Positions 15,632 through 24,589 of a stretch of DNA of 34,541 nt are shown one piece after another. A program made the position numbers and the translations under genes. Every line of letters begins with the position of its first letter. The first letter of the stretch is position 1. The notes below the pieces were generated by a model, which searched no databases, was not told the DNA's origin, and saw only the letters and a program-made list of their open reading frames with translations. The DNA is from a virus (taxonomy: Duplodnaviria > Caudoviricetes): IMG/VR virus record IMGVR_UViG_3300020044_003104, positions 1-34,541 of that record. One strand, given 5' to 3'.

Positions 15632-17263
15632 TTAGTTAGTTACGCGAAGCATTCTAAAGCCAGTACCGCCACTATCAACCGCACCCACAGTAATACGCTT
15701 TAATGCGCCATTAACATAAATTTCAATAGCATCAGTTTGATTTGAGGCTTGAAAACGAGCCGTGCCATTGACGTTCATATACCGTACATTTGTCGACCGA
15801 ATATAGCCGTCAGTATCAGTTGAATCCCAGTTAACAATCGGGTTACCAGCATTAAGTCCAAAAAACCCAGTTCCGTCAACTTCAATACGGGGTGATTTAA
15901 CGTAAATTTCATCTTCGTTATAGAAATTAGCTGTTCCGTTATTAAATATAACTAGGTTTACTGCCATTACGCGAACGTAATTTTCAATACCATATGTATC
16001 ATGGCTTGTAATTTTACCGCCAGAAATAATTACGCGATCATCTGGAACAGCTGCCCCAACATAAACGCCTGATGCTGTACTGCTTCCGTGGCAATAAAAT
16101 AATGGAGAAAAGTAAAAGTCTTCGCCAGCGTCTATTTTAACGCCGTAACTTGAAGGAAAATCAATTTCTAAATCATCAAACAACCCAAAAGCAGGAACAC
16201 TCCCGCCTGAAGTGTTGCGAATGTGAACGCCTATGCTTGGCTTAACAATAGTAACCGATTGCGCTTGAAGCGTATTACAATCACCGTCCCACATAATGCC
16301 AACGGCAACATTGTCAGATGATAAGTTTACACCAATAAGGCGCAAAATATCACTGCGATTTGATGGGTCACCAAACCAATGAATACCATACGCGCCGCGA
16401 ATATTGTTTACCCATGCGTTTGTTACGTCACAAACATTGGCTTTTTGCACGTATAAAAAATTGTATGGGTTATAGACGCGCACATTGCTAATGGTTGAGC
16501 GGTCGGCGTTTATAATTGATATGACATAGCCTCCGGTCATATTTTGACCTTCAATTTCGCCATCGCAAATTGTCACGTTTTGAAGGCCACCCGTAATAGT
16601 GAATCCATTGGACGCACCATTAAAGTCAATTTTAGCCCCGTTTAGGTTTATGATTTGGTTGTCTGCCGTAGCTGAAAGAGTTCCGGTTACTTTATAAGTT
16701 TTTCCAGAGTCAAAGAAAATGCTTTTGCCAGTGTTAAGCGCAAGTTGAATAGCTGCCGCGTCATTTGCAACGCCGTTGCCGACTGCACCAAAATCTTGAA
16801 CGCTGACGCTATCGCGCATTTTGTCTTGGGCAGATCGAGCTACAGCGCCAGTTCCAGAAGGTGTGTATCCTATCCAATCAGAGCCATCAGCATCTGCAAG
16901 ATCAGCAACCGTTCCAACCTGACTTTTGAAGCCAGTGAAGGAAATGGCAGAAGCACCTACCCCAACTCCTGTTGCTTCAGGAAAATTATAGATTAGGAGA
17001 CCATTGCTTTCCAAAACCGAAATTGAAAAATCATTAGCATTCACATAGACCTGGGCAGGGGTTCCATTGCGATAGATGTATCCACTGCTGGTCTTCAGCG
17101 GCTGAGATGCCGTGATCGTCAAAGCCTTGTCGTAATAGACTTGGATTTGATTTGTAACAGCATCAGTGTTCGCCGTTCCTATGTAGATGTCGCCATTATC
17201 CAATGGCAATCCATCACGGTCATAGAATACAGGAAACGGAACTTGTACAGAGATAGCGGCCAT
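15632..17263 (-). CDS. Tailspike / receptor-binding depolymerase (head-binding domain + pectate-lyase-like beta-helix)
   Basis: N-terminal 'FYDRDGLPLDNGDIYIG...QVYYD...QPL' anchor; 'VARSAQDKMRDSVSVQDFGAVGNGVANDAAAIQ' beta-helix start. Confidence 0.88.
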   Translation of the reverse strand: MAAISVQVPFPVFYDRDGLPLDNGDIYIGTANTDAVTNQIQVYYDKALTITASQPLKTSSGYIYRNGTPAQVYVNANDFSISVLESNGLLIYNFPEATGVGVGASAISFTGFKSQVGTVADLADADGSDWIGYTPSGTGAVARSAQDKMRDSVSVQDFGAVGNGVANDAAAIQLALNTGKSIFFDSGKTYKVTGTLSATADNQIINLNGAKIDFNGASNGFTITGGLQNVTICDGEIEGQNMTGGYVISIINADRSTISNVRVYNPYNFLYVQKANVCDVTNAWVNNIRGAYGIHWFGDPSNRSDILRLIGVNLSSDNVAVGIMWDGDCNTLQAQSVTIVKPSIGVHIRNTSGGSVPAFGLFDDLEIDFPSSYGVKIDAGEDFYFSPLFYCHGSSTASGVYVGAAVPDDRVIISGGKITSHDTYGIENYVRVMAVNLVIFNNGTANFYNEDEIYVKSPRIEVDGTGFFGLNAGNPIVNWDSTDTDGYIRSTNVRYMNVNGTARFQASNQTDAIEIYVNGALKRITVGAVDSGGTGFRMLRVTN

Positions 17264-17288
17264 TACTTAACCCCTTGCGTATTTGAGT

Positions 17289-17317
17289 TTATAGCTGAAA
17301 TTATGTTGTGTGGAAAG
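17289..17317 (-). promoter_or_regulatory. Candidate promoter for tailspike/lysis genes (TTTCCA-17-TATAAA)
   Basis: In the AT-rich intergenic gap upstream of the tailspike SD. Confidence 0.4.
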
Positions 17318-17321
17318 GCCA

Positions 17322-20156
17322 TTACTGAATTCGCACAACAGGTGCGCCGCTAGTTCCTGGCATTGAATCTTGCTGACCTTGCGTTACCGCTGCTTGAGTT
17401 CCAGCCGCCTGTATCAATGCTGGCTTTGAACCTTCAAGTCGATCAGATAGCTTGGTAAGAATGTTAGCTTCTTCCTTGCTTCCAGACTTTGTTTTTGCAA
17501 GCATCGCCATCAGGTTGCGGACAGGCTTACTTTCATAAGCGCGAACCGCTCCAGTGAAAGCCGCAGCCAATGCCGTGCCAACTCCGCCTGTTTGCAGAAA
17601 ATCTCCAAGCCCCAGAGCGCCAAGCAATAACGGAAAGTTTTCTTGTCCCGTTTGGGTCTTGACGCCAGCACCAGAAGCGCGGCGAGTGGCATTCAGGACG
17701 CGAACCAGGCCTTTGATTTCCTCCTGCTGTGACTTGCCGAAAAATACGCCAAGCTGATCCGCACGCTTGTTAATTTGCGTGATGAATTTTTCTGCACTGA
17801 CAGCGCCGCCCTCAACGCCCATATCTTTCGCAATACGATTGACGATTGCCATACGAGCTAGAGATTGGCCTTCAGGAGTTAGCGACTTATAGAGCGCAGA
17901 AACATCGCTCTTTTTGCCGCTGAACAGCATATTGTTAATGACTTCAGGCGTTGCTTCACCGTTGCGTATTATGCTCTTAAGAGCATTACGATTGGCTTCC
18001 TGAATGCCATCACTCAAACGTGCATCAGAAATGCGCCATTTATTATAGTTGGTACGCCCACCACGATCTAAAATGAAGCTACCCATGTCATCTTTGAATG
18101 GGCCATAAAGGTTTTTAACAGCAGCCTTTACGCGATCAGATGCGCCAACCGACAAGGCTTCGTCCTGCCACGCTTTGCCCAAAACATCGCGTCGGAAAGC
18201 ATCCATTGCTTCAATGTCTCGCCCAGCAGCTTGCCCACGAATCTCTTGCAACTTAGCAATGGCTTCGTCTGCGGCGGGTGTGCGAGCCTTCGATAAATCT
18301 GCGATTTGATCGTCAATGGCTTTGATAGTCTTATCAACAGCGACCTCTCCAGCACCCGCCAGCCCAGAGAAAACATCGCGCTTCAAGGTGGTGTATTTTT
18401 CAACAACGTCGCCGCGCTTACGAAGAACATCAGAAACAATGCGATCTTCTACGTCAGCCGGAATAGCGCCTGCATTTTCAATAATGAAGTCTTTTACCGC
18501 TACTTCACGGGCTTCCTGTTGAGTTGCGCGTGCGCCACCAGTTCCAACAATAGGAATACGCTCACCGATTGTTTGAGCAGCCTTACCCATAAACGTTTGA
18601 GGTGGGCGAATGTCGGATGTCATAACTGGGACGCCGGTGCGCTCACCAGCTTCAATGATTTCCCTTGGCGCAGCAGGTGCGATAAGTTCTTCTGTCACGC
18701 GAGATACAGGAGTAGCGGGCGCGGCGGGGGCAGTTGGTGGTGTTATAGGCACTTCAGGGCCACCACGAACGCCACGAACCGACGAAACAATTGCAGGCAA
18801 AGCTTGCTCAAGCAATTTACCCGCACCACCAGCGCCACCAGCAATAGCTATTTCTCTAGGGTTGAAAGTTCCACCCGCTCCAGCTTGCGTTGCTTCAATT
18901 CCAGTTTGAGTAAGCGCGGCACCGCCAGCAGCACCAGTAACACTAGCGGCACGACCAGCAGGAGTAAACGCAAGGATACCACCAAGCGCACGTGGAACAT
19001 CGCTCCAGCGAAAACCTGGCTTAATGCCATATTCTTGGCCATCTTGAGAGCGAAGGATATAGTTTCCATTAGCATCTTGACGCACTTGAACGCCTGGATA
19101 GTTTGACTTAATGATTTGCACCGATTCTTCGGGGCTTGTGAACATTGTACCGATACCTGTACGCGCACCAGCAATGGATAACTCGTTCAATTCAGGCATC
19201 GTTGTCCAGTCAGCGACAGCTTCAATCTCTGGAGTGCTGCGATCTGCGCCAGTTACAGTTTCAACAATGCCTTCAAAGAATCCGGTTTCTTCAGGTGCAG
19301 AGCCAGCTTCAGGTGGAAGAATCCGTGCGCCAAAATTACCGGCATTGCGGAATTCAATAGCTTTCTGAAGGTCTTCTTGATTAGGCGTAATGCCTAGAGT
19401 GCCAGCAAGAGCATTTAATTCCTCAATTGTAGCGCCCTTATTGAAGGCCTCTTGAAGCTGAGTTGCTTTGTCTGGCGTAGTCGACATTTCATACGGAGTG
19501 GCAAGAGTGATACCTTGCTTTTCAGGGTCTGCGCCTTGGTCAGTCATCAACCCACGATAGGTTTCCGCCAAAGAGTTATAGCCCTGAAGCCTCTGGTTGT
19601 AGATAGAGCGTGCAACGTCAGCCATGTCTTTACGCTGCGCTTCAGATAATCCTTCACCAGAAATCAACTGGTTGTAAGCGTTGCGAAAACGATCTGGTAC
19701 GCCAGCCGCATTTTGCACAGAAGCTGCTTCGCCTTCACGAACAGTAGAGCCTGGGTCTAGAATCTTCATCAAAGAAAAGACTGAGCCAATGTTTCCGATT
19801 GGAGTTCCTTTGCTTGTCAAATCTATAATTTGACGGGTAGCATTTTGAACCTGACGGAATTCTTTAACTTCTGGAATGCCTAAGAATTCAGTTCTCAATG
19901 AACCAATTTGCGAAAACTCTTTTGATGCAATATCACGGCTTTCACCACGGGCTGCACGAGCCTCCGAGCTTTCTCCAATCTCAGCTTGACGAGCTTTACG
20001 CGCTTCTTCAGCAACCTTCTGAGGAGAAGCTTGACGTTGCAATACTGGCCCTAAATTGGGTGGAGTAATTTCCTCGCGTGGAACACCGCCTTGGACAATA
20101 TAAGTCTTTCCGTCGCTGCCTTGCAGCCGTTGACCTTCTTGATATTGCTCAGCCAT
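17322..20156 (-). CDS. Large DNA ejection / internal virion protein (944 aa; P22 gp16 position)
   Basis: Last of the ejection cluster; Ala/Gly-rich hydrophobic stretches and a Pro-rich linker. Assigned by synteny. Confidence 0.7.
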   Translation of the reverse strand: MAEQYQEGQRLQGSDGKTYIVQGGVPREEITPPNLGPVLQRQASPQKVAEEARKARQAEIGESSEARAARGESRDIASKEFSQIGSLRTEFLGIPEVKEFRQVQNATRQIIDLTSKGTPIGNIGSVFSLMKILDPGSTVREGEAASVQNAAGVPDRFRNAYNQLISGEGLSEAQRKDMADVARSIYNQRLQGYNSLAETYRGLMTDQGADPEKQGITLATPYEMSTTPDKATQLQEAFNKGATIEELNALAGTLGITPNQEDLQKAIEFRNAGNFGARILPPEAGSAPEETGFFEGIVETVTGADRSTPEIEAVADWTTMPELNELSIAGARTGIGTMFTSPEESVQIIKSNYPGVQVRQDANGNYILRSQDGQEYGIKPGFRWSDVPRALGGILAFTPAGRAASVTGAAGGAALTQTGIEATQAGAGGTFNPREIAIAGGAGGAGKLLEQALPAIVSSVRGVRGGPEVPITPPTAPAAPATPVSRVTEELIAPAAPREIIEAGERTGVPVMTSDIRPPQTFMGKAAQTIGERIPIVGTGGARATQQEAREVAVKDFIIENAGAIPADVEDRIVSDVLRKRGDVVEKYTTLKRDVFSGLAGAGEVAVDKTIKAIDDQIADLSKARTPAADEAIAKLQEIRGQAAGRDIEAMDAFRRDVLGKAWQDEALSVGASDRVKAAVKNLYGPFKDDMGSFILDRGGRTNYNKWRISDARLSDGIQEANRNALKSIIRNGEATPEVINNMLFSGKKSDVSALYKSLTPEGQSLARMAIVNRIAKDMGVEGGAVSAEKFITQINKRADQLGVFFGKSQQEEIKGLVRVLNATRRASGAGVKTQTGQENFPLLLGALGLGDFLQTGGVGTALAAAFTGAVRAYESKPVRNLMAMLAKTKSGSKEEANILTKLSDRLEGSKPALIQAAGTQAAVTQGQQDSMPGTSGAPVVRIQ

Positions 20157-20157
20157 T

Positions 20158-20457
20158 CTATTTCCCTATCACAACGTGCCAATGTGGGCCTGTAGCATAT
20201 TTAGACGGGTTCTTCACCTCATCACGCGCTTCAATAATTTTATAACCAGCCTTACGAATGCCAGAAATGTATTCCTTAAATGTCACACCAGGTATTGGAG
20301 CAATATCAACTGCGCCTTTGGTTCTGGCGTGATAAGACCTTGGATTCTTTTTAGAAAGCGAATCATTTGGCCCACGATAACCAGATGTGATTCGCGCATT
20401 AGGGAACAGTTCACTAATTACTTTTCGCCCATCAGCGAAAGTTACCAGACGGCTTAT
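20158..20457 (-). CDS. Peptidase M15-like domain with no canonical start; candidate +1 frameshift extension of 20432..21208
   Basis: ITSGYR...SYH...GAVDI...HWHV Zn-ligand pattern. No in-frame ATG/GTG/TTG near the domain start. Confidence 0.75.
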   Translation of the reverse strand: MSRLVTFADGRKVISELFPNARITSGYRGPNDSLSKKNPRSYHARTKGAVDIAPIPGVTFKEYISGIRKAGYKIIEARDEVKNPSKYATGPHWHVVIGK

Positions 20458-21208
20458 CCGTCTGACCTCCTGTCGCTGGTAATGGCTTAAATGTAATTCC
20501 TGAAGGAGCCGTTCTCCCAGTAATAGGGCCAGTACCAAGAATATCAGAACCTCTATAAATAGCCCCACCTTCTTCAACTGCAAGAAGCTTTTCGCCCTGC
20601 AACTCAAGCCATGCGTCTGCTTTTTCCTTGCCCTGAATGCGGACTCGATCCTGATACTCTTTTCCAGTTGCAGAAAGGTTCTCATCTCCGCCATAAAGAT
20701 TCTTGTAAAGCTTCTCATCGCTTTGAGCCAACTGAATGGTCATTGGAAGAATTACAGAGTCAGGATCAATGTCGAAAGTCTTTAGTAGTGCCTCAGATGC
20801 AGCCGCCTGCTTTTCCTTTCCAGGCGTGTTTCTGTATCCATCTACTTGTGCTTTAAGCCTTGCACGGGCAGCATCTATATTCCCACCCCTAAACAGACCA
20901 ATAACTTCAGCGCGAAGTTGGTTCGCATTTGTGCGCTCCGCTTCATTTAATATGGATTCGCTTGCAGTAATTTGCTCTTTTAATTCAGGAAACAGAAGGA
21001 CATTTCTGGCGATATTTTCTGGTGATCTGTTATCAGCAATAGATTGCAACGCCGCTTGTCGTTGCTGTGCCATTTGCTGATCTTTTAATTGCTTTTCACG
21101 CGCCGCTTGTTCAGCAAGTCGCTGTTGATCGATAGCATTGCCAAAAGCATACGCATTTTGGAAAGCGGTCGTGGGTGATGCAATGTTATAGTTATATGGT
21201 TCAGCCAT
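20432..21208 (-). CDS. DNA ejection protein (P22 gp20 position)
   Basis: Gln/Ala-rich helical protein between the gp7-like and large ejection genes. Confidence 0.7.
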   Translation of the reverse strand: MAEPYNYNIASPTTAFQNAYAFGNAIDQQRLAEQAAREKQLKDQQMAQQRQAALQSIADNRSPENIARNVLLFPELKEQITASESILNEAERTNANQLRAEVIGLFRGGNIDAARARLKAQVDGYRNTPGKEKQAAASEALLKTFDIDPDSVILPMTIQLAQSDEKLYKNLYGGDENLSATGKEYQDRVRIQGKEKADAWLELQGEKLLAVEEGGAIYRGSDILGTGPITGRTAPSGITFKPLPATGGQTDKPSGNFR

Positions 21209-21843
21209 TAGAAAATCTTCCCTATTGCTGCCTGTCCAGCCGCGCTGGTTCCGAATCCAGTTATTGTTCCAAGCGCCTGATTAAAAGCATTGGCTTGTCC
21301 TAATGCAGAACCCGCTCTTGCCTGTCCTGCTTGAGTATATGCCTGTCCAATATTGGTCGCACTAGTCATGCCAGCCGTTCCAACGCCAGCAGCAGACTGC
21401 TGACCAAGACTCGTAAGGCCGGACAAGCGGCCATATTGCTGCTCTAGGAACTGATTTAACAATGCTGGGCGGAATTGAGCTAAAGCACCTTGAATATTGC
21501 CGCCACGAAGTCCGCCAGTTGCTGAGGCGTTCTGTAAAAGAGCTTCCTCTTGCTGCCGAGCTAAAGCTTGAAACATAGGGCTTTGCTCTTGCCCTCTCAC
21601 ATATTCTAGCTGCGCTTCTGGGCCATCAAAACCTAAAGCAGCCATCTGTGCTTGCAGGGCTGGCGTTCCAGCGGATACATAAGGGTTAAGCAGCGTCCGC
21701 ATTTCTTCACGCGCTGCACGCTGTTCTTCCGCAGCAGCGTCAGCCGCTTGCACTTGGGCCCTACCAGCCTTACTCGCCGCCTTGCTTGAAACAACGCCGC
21801 CGATAACTGCGCTTCCAATAACTGCTGCTGCTACTGCACTCAT
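21208..21843 (-). CDS. DNA ejection protein, P22 gp7-like
   Basis: Hydrophobic N-terminus; 'PYVSAGTPAL', 'NASATGGLRGGN..GALAQF', 'LGQQSAAG' motifs. Confidence 0.85.
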   Translation of the reverse strand: MSAVAAAVIGSAVIGGVVSSKAASKAGRAQVQAADAAAEEQRAAREEMRTLLNPYVSAGTPALQAQMAALGFDGPEAQLEYVRGQEQSPMFQALARQQEEALLQNASATGGLRGGNIQGALAQFRPALLNQFLEQQYGRLSGLTSLGQQSAAGVGTAGMTSATNIGQAYTQAGQARAGSALGQANAFNQALGTITGFGTSAAGQAAIGKIF

Positions 21844-21844
21844 A

Positions 21845-22732
21845 TCAATAACCCCCTATCGTCACGATTAAAGCCTGACGATAATCTACTGTAATTTCTT
21901 CGCCGTTGCTTCCGCCCTTGCATCCTGAGATGTCTCGTATTGCAACAAGGTATATATCACCATTTTCCATGCGAAACATCATTGCATTCGGATTCTTTGA
22001 ATGGTTGGTATAACGTCCTGCTGGTGTGCGGTATCCGCCCATCAATGCTGGTGCAATTACCTCAAACTGAGGGATGTTACCAGATGCAAACAATCCTTTG
22101 CCTTCGATTTGGCTATCACCAAGCGCGACCTTATACTCACCATGTGGAAACGGAATCTGGTCATATTCTAATTCAGATATTTCCCGCACTGTTTCAGGAT
22201 CAAAGCCGAACTCCTCAATCGCTGCATAAAAATCAGCAATATCTTCAGAGTGGTCAAAGCTTAACAGCATCTGGTTAAACTTCTTTGATTCCTGCCATGA
22301 CTCGCTTTTGTCTAAGAACATCTCATCAAGAGTATCAACGTCGCGCTCGTCGGTAGCAAAGACATTCTGCCAAATCACATCTTCATGGATGTAAGCTATC
22401 TTGCGACCAGGTGGTGCAATGAACGACTGTGGAGCAACTAGCTCTGTCTTTGTGCCATCGTCGTTTAAGATAGTCAGACGGCCAGATAGCATATTGTTAA
22501 AGTGAGTAGTCTTGTGATGATGACCTACCACATATGAATCCGCTGGCATAACAACTTCACGGATGTAAATGCCTGGAGCAAAGCGATGCGTAATAGGGCA
22601 ATCAGCTTGTGGCAGATCGAGAAGTGCTGACTCTAAACGTTGAACATCAGCTTCATTAAAAGCTTTCGTAAAAGGCTCAATAAGTGTGCCCTCGACTGTA
22701 TCAATGTCTTTTGTGCGGCATATTGCAGTCAC
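21845..22732 (-). CDS. Cupin + SET-domain fusion protein (putative protein-lysine methyltransferase)
   Basis: Cupin-like HRFAPGIYIRE...VGHHHKTTHFN; SET motifs SQIEGKGLFA, RYTNHSKNPN and GEEITVDY. Confidence 0.85.
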   Translation of the reverse strand: MTAICRTKDIDTVEGTLIEPFTKAFNEADVQRLESALLDLPQADCPITHRFAPGIYIREVVMPADSYVVGHHHKTTHFNNMLSGRLTILNDDGTKTELVAPQSFIAPPGRKIAYIHEDVIWQNVFATDERDVDTLDEMFLDKSESWQESKKFNQMLLSFDHSEDIADFYAAIEEFGFDPETVREISELEYDQIPFPHGEYKVALGDSQIEGKGLFASGNIPQFEVIAPALMGGYRTPAGRYTNHSKNPNAMMFRMENGDIYLVAIRDISGCKGGSNGEEITVDYRQALIVTIGGY

Positions 22733-22798
22733 GGCATCACCTTTACGAAATGAGCCACAGGCTGCTCTTAAAAGCTCTGTGGCAAAACCTTATCACAA

Positions 22799-23200
22799 TC
22801 AATCGTCAAATTCAAACTCTCGTTCTTCCCATGCTTGGCACGAACGAAGATCATGGCAGATAAACTCGAACTTATGGCAGTATCCACGGAATCCAGCATC
22901 AACATCCCATTGGTTCCAAGGTATCTTGTCCATCTTTGCTTGGGTCATTGTGCTGTTGTCGTAATACTCGCAGTTAGAACATCTGCGCCGACGCGCTTCA
23001 GTCTCATCCACTTGCATAGCTTTACCAAGCGCAATCCAGTATTCAGGATTAGCGCCGCGCTCATTGCTGGGGTTCTCAGGGCCAAGCATCCAATCGTCGA
23101 TCACGACCTTGGTGTTCTTCTTGTTCTCAGCAGTGGTGATGAATGGTTCGCTTTCACGCAGACCAGCAAAGCCTTCAATAATCATCATGGGCTTTTTCAT
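22799..23200 (-). CDS. Hypothetical Cys-rich metal-binding protein
   Basis: CSNC...GYC...FIC...RSCQAW. Confidence 0.75.
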   Translation of the reverse strand: MKKPMMIIEGFAGLRESEPFITTAENKKNTKVVIDDWMLGPENPSNERGANPEYWIALGKAMQVDETEARRRRCSNCEYYDNSTMTQAKMDKIPWNQWDVDAGFRGYCHKFEFICHDLRSCQAWEEREFEFDD

Positions 23201-23535
23201 TGCGACACTAACCTTCCAGATGCGCGAATATTGATTGCAGAGGCTGTTCCAGCAATTGTGGAAATAAAACCGCCGATAGGAAGTACATGGCCGACCAGTT
23301 CAGGAAACGTATATGTTTCGGCTGGCTGGAGCGTTTTGGTCTTGACGATCAAGTTGTCGTTACCAGAAACGCCAGCAAGAGTAATCAAGTTAACGCTTAT
23401 GGTTGCAGCAGTTGCGCTGTAGTTAGTTGCGGTAAACTTGTCGATAATCGTTTGTACGTTAGTTGATGTATACTGCGTTGTTTGCGCGGCTTCTGCTGTT
23501 TTTGCGGGGATGATGTTACTGATAGAAACGGCCAT
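23197..23535 (-). CDS. Putative small virion (tail tip/knob) protein
   Basis: MAVSISNIIPAK...; AAGGA SD; beta-rich; follows the needle-like gene. Confidence 0.65.
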   Translation of the reverse strand: MAVSISNIIPAKTAEAAQTTQYTSTNVQTIIDKFTATNYSATAATISVNLITLAGVSGNDNLIVKTKTLQPAETYTFPELVGHVLPIGGFISTIAGTASAINIRASGRLVSQ

Positions 23536-23545
23536 ATCAAGTTCC

Positions 23546-24589
23546 TTATATAGATGTAATGGTTTGCCAAGCTGTGCCGCTATAAACACAGGCTTTGGAT
23601 AACGTAGTATCAAATACCATAAGGCCAGCGGCAGGGCTAGATATAGCGTTCTTTTGCGTTGTAGTCATGTTAGGTAGGCGAAAACCTTTAGTAGTCGATT
23701 GTACATCAAGAATTGCCGAAGCATTTGGTGAAGCCGTACCAATCCCAACATTGCCGCTACTGTCGATACGCATACGCTCTACAGCGTTAGTATGTGAAAC
23801 AAGAGATTTTGCGCCATTAGCGTAAAGCAATAAATCGCTTGATGACTGAAGAGAACCGTTAATACCGTCATGATTGAGATCTAGCGTTGCAGCGCCCGTG
23901 CGAGACCGTATAAGCCCCGCTACATCTAGCTTTGCACCAGAGGGTATAGTACCAACCCCCAAATCATTGGTTGTATTATCCCAAAACAGATTGGCATTGT
24001 CCTGCGTATATACACCTGAAGCGCCAGCAAAGACAACCGAGCCTACGGTAAACTGGGTAGACGTACCTGTGCCGCCCTCGCTTGGTGGAGCAACACCACT
24101 GCGCGGGGCGGGACTCAGCGCCAACTCCTGCAACTCGCTCTGCACAAAAGCCAAGTCAGACGCTGACGCGCTAGGCGGCGCAGATTCTAACGCCTGAATG
24201 TCGCTCTGTACAACAGCAAAGTCAGATACGGACGCTCCAAGTGGCGTTGACTCTAACGCCTGAATGTCTGATTGCACAGCGGCCAAGTCAGACACGGACG
24301 CGCCGTGTGGTGTTGACTCCAAATCCTGCAAATTGCTTTGCACAGCAGCAAGTTCACTTACGCTTGCTGGGATTGGCTCTTTATTAAGCGTATCAGATAA
24401 AGCAATAATCTGAGCCAGAGCATCGTTTGCACTTTGCCCAGCGTTACCAGCTTCAATGTTTACATCATCAATCGAAATTACATTGGCATTAGTAAGGGCA
24501 AACAGCCGTTCAAATTGCTTAATCTGTTCAAAGTCCTGCAAGAATGCAGCAAATTGATCTCGTGTTAAAGATAGCTTTTGATATGCCAT
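23546..24589 (-). CDS. Tail needle/fibre protein (P22 gp26 position) with coiled-coil repeats
   Basis: Follows the gp10-like gene; four 22-aa repeats; C-terminal 'ERMRIDSSGNVGIGT.SP..SAILDVQSTTKGF..P.MTTTQKNAI' fibre motif. Confidence 0.75.
   Translation of the reverse strand: MAYQKLSLTRDQFAAFLQDFEQIKQFERLFALTNANVISIDDVNIEAGNAGQSANDALAQIIALSDTLNKEPIPASVSELAAVQSNLQDLESTPHGASVSDLAAVQSDIQALESTPLGASVSDFAVVQSDIQALESAPPSASASDLAFVQSELQELALSPAPRSGVAPPSEGGTGTSTQFTVGSVVFAGASGVYTQDNANLFWDNTTNDLGVGTIPSGAKLDVAGLIRSRTGAATLDLNHDGINGSLQSSSDLLLYANGAKSLVSHTNAVERMRIDSSGNVGIGTASPNASAILDVQSTTKGFRLPNMTTTQKNAISSPAAGLMVFDTTLSKACVYSGTAWQTITSI
24110..24367 (-). repeat. 4 x 66-bp coding tandem repeat (ASVSDLAAVQSDIQALESTPxG)
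   Basis: Visible in both protein and DNA. Confidence 0.85.

Noticed and set aside
18306-19106. 266-aa plus-strand ORF (also 939..1505, 22835..23422 and similar)
   Set aside because: Antisense to well-supported genes; explained by codon bias.
20458-20718. ATG 20718 as the start of a 186-aa protein
   Set aside because: It would overlap the ejection gene by about 290 nt, and the N-terminal half looks like off-frame sequence. Only the last ~95 aa resemble a domain.
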